A stretch of DNA of 27,220 nucleotides, from assembly GCA_030141605.1 (NCBI GenBank), contig JAQGDQ010001739.1, positions 1-27,220 on the forward strand, written 5' to 3'. The position numbers and the translations under genes were made by a program. Of the stretch, positions 24,311 to 27,220 are shown piece by piece; within the stretch, counting starts at the first letter, position 1; each line of letters begins with the position of its first letter. Source of the stretch: Tubiluchus corallicola (taxonomy: Eukaryota; Animalia; Priapulida). The notes under the pieces are model-generated. The model was not told the origin of the DNA. It did no database searches and worked only from the letters and a program-made list of their open reading frames with translations.

Positions 24311-25695
24311 ATTAAATGTCATACAAGCAAGGACAAAATTTTAGATCACTGTTGACGTTATAATGCCTTACAACGTGCACCCCTGTGCGATGCAGACCAC
24401 AACATGATCTACCTGGTTCCAAAATATAAACAGCAGTTGAAGCGTGAGAAACCTGTCAAAAGAGCAGTTACAGTGTGGTCCAGTGCAGCCACTGAACGTC
24501 TTCAATACTGTACAGACTGGAACATCTTCACAAATTCCTCAGAGTCAATCAAAGAATGCACGGATGCTATTGTTGAGTATATGAAATTTTGTGAAAAGAT
24601 CTGCATCCCAGCTACGACGGTGGTACTTAATCCTTATAAAAATTTGTGGTTCAATGGCTCTATTTCGTCTAAAGTCCGGGCGAGACAAATAGCCTATAAA
24701 TCTGGTGACCAGCAGCAATACAAAATCGCGAAGTATGATCACCGGAAATCAATCAAGTCTGCCAAACGTGATTTTAACAACAAATTGGAGCAAGACTTTT
24801 TGTCTAATGAAACTCGAGAACTTTGGCAAGGACTAAATAAAATTACGAATTACAAACCGAAATAAAAATATATTAACTTAGACGACCCAACTTTCCCGGA
24901 TAAACTGAATAATTTTTACAGTCGTTTTGATAAAGAAACGGGACCATTATTAGATTATTTGAATAAGTCAACTTACAATAACACTCCATCTCTTGTTATA
25001 CAAGAAAACGATGTGCGGCGACAGTTTGCTAAGCTGAAAGTTAAAAAATCAGCAGGACCAGATCGTGTAACACCGCGGCATGTGCGATACTGCTCTTATC
25101 AACCTGCCTATATCTTTACTCATATTTATAATTGGTCTTTAAGCATTTAAAAATTGCCTAAACAGTTTAAGCAATCTATCATTATCCCTGTGCCAAAGAG
25201 AAACTCAGTTACTACATTTAATGACTATAGACCTGTGGCTTTAACATCAGTACTAAGCAAAACACTAGAACGTTTGATCTTACATTTCCTGAAATCTGTT
25301 GTTTCACCATTTTTGGACCAATTTCAATTTGCATATCGTGCTATTCGTTCCACAGATGATGCTGTAGCTCTTGTTGTTCGTGATGTACTAATTGTGATGT
25401 ACAACACACCTTGATAAAAGTAATTGTTATGCCAGAATCCTTTTCGTTGATTTCAGTTCAGCTTTCAATGCTATTCTGCCACTAAAATTGTATTACAAAA
25501 TGACGGAACTCAACATACCTGACTGGCTGTGTAGTTTCGTACTTGAGTTCTTGACAGGGCAATCACAGATTGTCAAGATAATTAATGGAAACACTACCAT
25601 TTTTTCAACTTCTAAGGTTAATACAGGAGCTTCTCAGGGTGCGTCCTGTCTCCAATTCTATACACGTTGTCATGACTGTGTATGTTCAAATACAA
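24311..25695 (+). mobile_element. Rex1/Babar-like LINE fragment (mirror copy)
   Basis: Mirror ORFs 24404..25742. Confidence 0.9.
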
Positions 25696-27220
25696 GTAAT
25701 ATTCGATTATCGAGACAGATTCAGGATTTCAAAATACAATGACGCAAACATTGACATACACCTTAGCCGCTTACTTAACTGAGCGAAAATTTATGTGTTA
25801 AAACCGGGGAACTATAATAATTTAGATTGAAATAAAAATTGAATTGAAATTGAAATACTACATAAATTCAAACAAAAAATGCATCACATAAGTAAGTAAG
25901 TAAGCAATTTATTGTCATTATAGCATAATACATACAATGAAATTTATGTGGTTTTACGTACTGCAATAACTTATAGAAACAACAAGGAGATTATCACAAA
26001 TAATTCAGTCAGTTGTACAGTGACACAAAGAATTAATATTGAAGATTTACTGAAATTTACTGTTGATGGTGCGAATTGCAACGGGATAGAAAGAATTTAA
26101 AGTTCTTTGGTTTTAGCGTTAATTGAGCGGAATCTACGACCAGAGGGAAGCATTTCAAAATATTTATTACCTGGATGGAATTCATCTTTCATGATAACTT
26201 GCACCCTCTTTGCGACCCTAGTTTCATACAAATATGCCATAGATTGCTGTTCAACTCCTATTATTTTTGCGGCGGATTTAACAACTTGATCAAGAGCATT
26301 GCGATCTCCCTGCGTGGTAGCGCCATACCAAACAGTGAGGGATGTTGTTAAAATCCTTTCAATTACTGCACGATAAAAACTCTCCATCATAGCAGGGGCA
26401 ATGTTAAATGATTTGAGTTGTCTTAAAAAGTACAAACGCTGGCGGGCCTTTTTTACACAACAGAGCACATTAGCTTCCCATTTAAGATCATCTGAAATTT
26501 TTATTCCCAGAAATTTGAAATCTTTAACAATTTCTACAGCTGTATTATTTATAAGCAAAGGTGCTTTTCCATCAGTCTCTTTTCTAAAATCTACGATAAT
26601 TTCTTTTGTTTTTGAAACATTCAGTTCTAAATTATTCTGTTCGCACCAGCGTGTTAAATTTTGAACTTCCTGAAAATAATTAGTCTCGTTGTTACTGCAA
26701 ATAAGGCCAGCCAGTGTGGTATCATCAGCGAATTTTACCATCATAGTATTGGGAAAGATACTTCACAGTCATAGATATAGATAGATAGATATAGATGTAT
26801 AGATAGACATACATATGTAAACAACGTGTATAGAATTGGAGACAGGACGCACCCCTGAGAAGCTCCTGTATTAACCTTAGAAGTTGAAAAAATGGTAGTG
26901 TTTCCATTAATTATCTTGACAATCTGTGATCGCCCTGTCAAGAACTCAAGTACGAAACTACACAGCCAGTCAGGTATGTTGAGTTCCGTCATTTTGTAAT
27001 ACAATTTTAGTGGCAGAATAGCATTGAAAGCTGAACTGAAATCAACGAAAAGGATTCTGGCACAACAATTACTTTTATCAAGGTGTGTTGTACATCACAA
27101 TTAGTACATCACGAACAACAAGAGCTACAGCATCATCTGTGGAACGAATAGCACGATATGCAAATTGAAATTGGTCCAAAAATGGTGAAACAACAGATTT
27201 CAGGAAATGTAAGATCAAAC
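25272..27220. repeat. Nested inverted repeat: 25272..25670 vs 26821..27220
   Basis: Mirror of the 1..1969 structure. Confidence 0.95.
25889..27220 (-). mobile_element. Rex1/Babar-like LINE RT to 3' end (mirror copy)
   Basis: Mirror ORFs 26097..27004, with the tail at 25889-25904. Confidence 0.9.

Overview
AT-rich, repeat-rich eukaryotic (probably invertebrate animal) intronic DNA, not prokaryotic. The whole window is one giant interrupted palindrome: arm 1..12764 is the reverse complement of 14470..27220, around a 1.7-kb unique spacer. Each arm carries two spliceable exons of a Nav2-type (DSC1/NaCP60E-like) voltage-gated cation channel, encoding the domain I S4-S5 linker, S5 and P-loop. The two copies are head-to-head, and no S1-S4 or S6 exon is visible. 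Each arm also holds Rex1/Babar-type LINE fragments, a bipartite RTE element, 48-, 54-, 87- and 102-bp tandem repeats and long microsatellites. A second, nested fold-back (1..400 vs 1571..1969) lies at the outer end of each arm, so the two-exon segment appears bounded by fold-back junctions at both ends, as in an inverted amplicon. The spacer holds a hAT MITE with an 8-bp TSD, a truncated LINE C-terminus and a 60-bp repeat. An amplification or assembly artefact cannot be excluded from sequence alone. Most long ORFs in the track are translations of tandem repeats.
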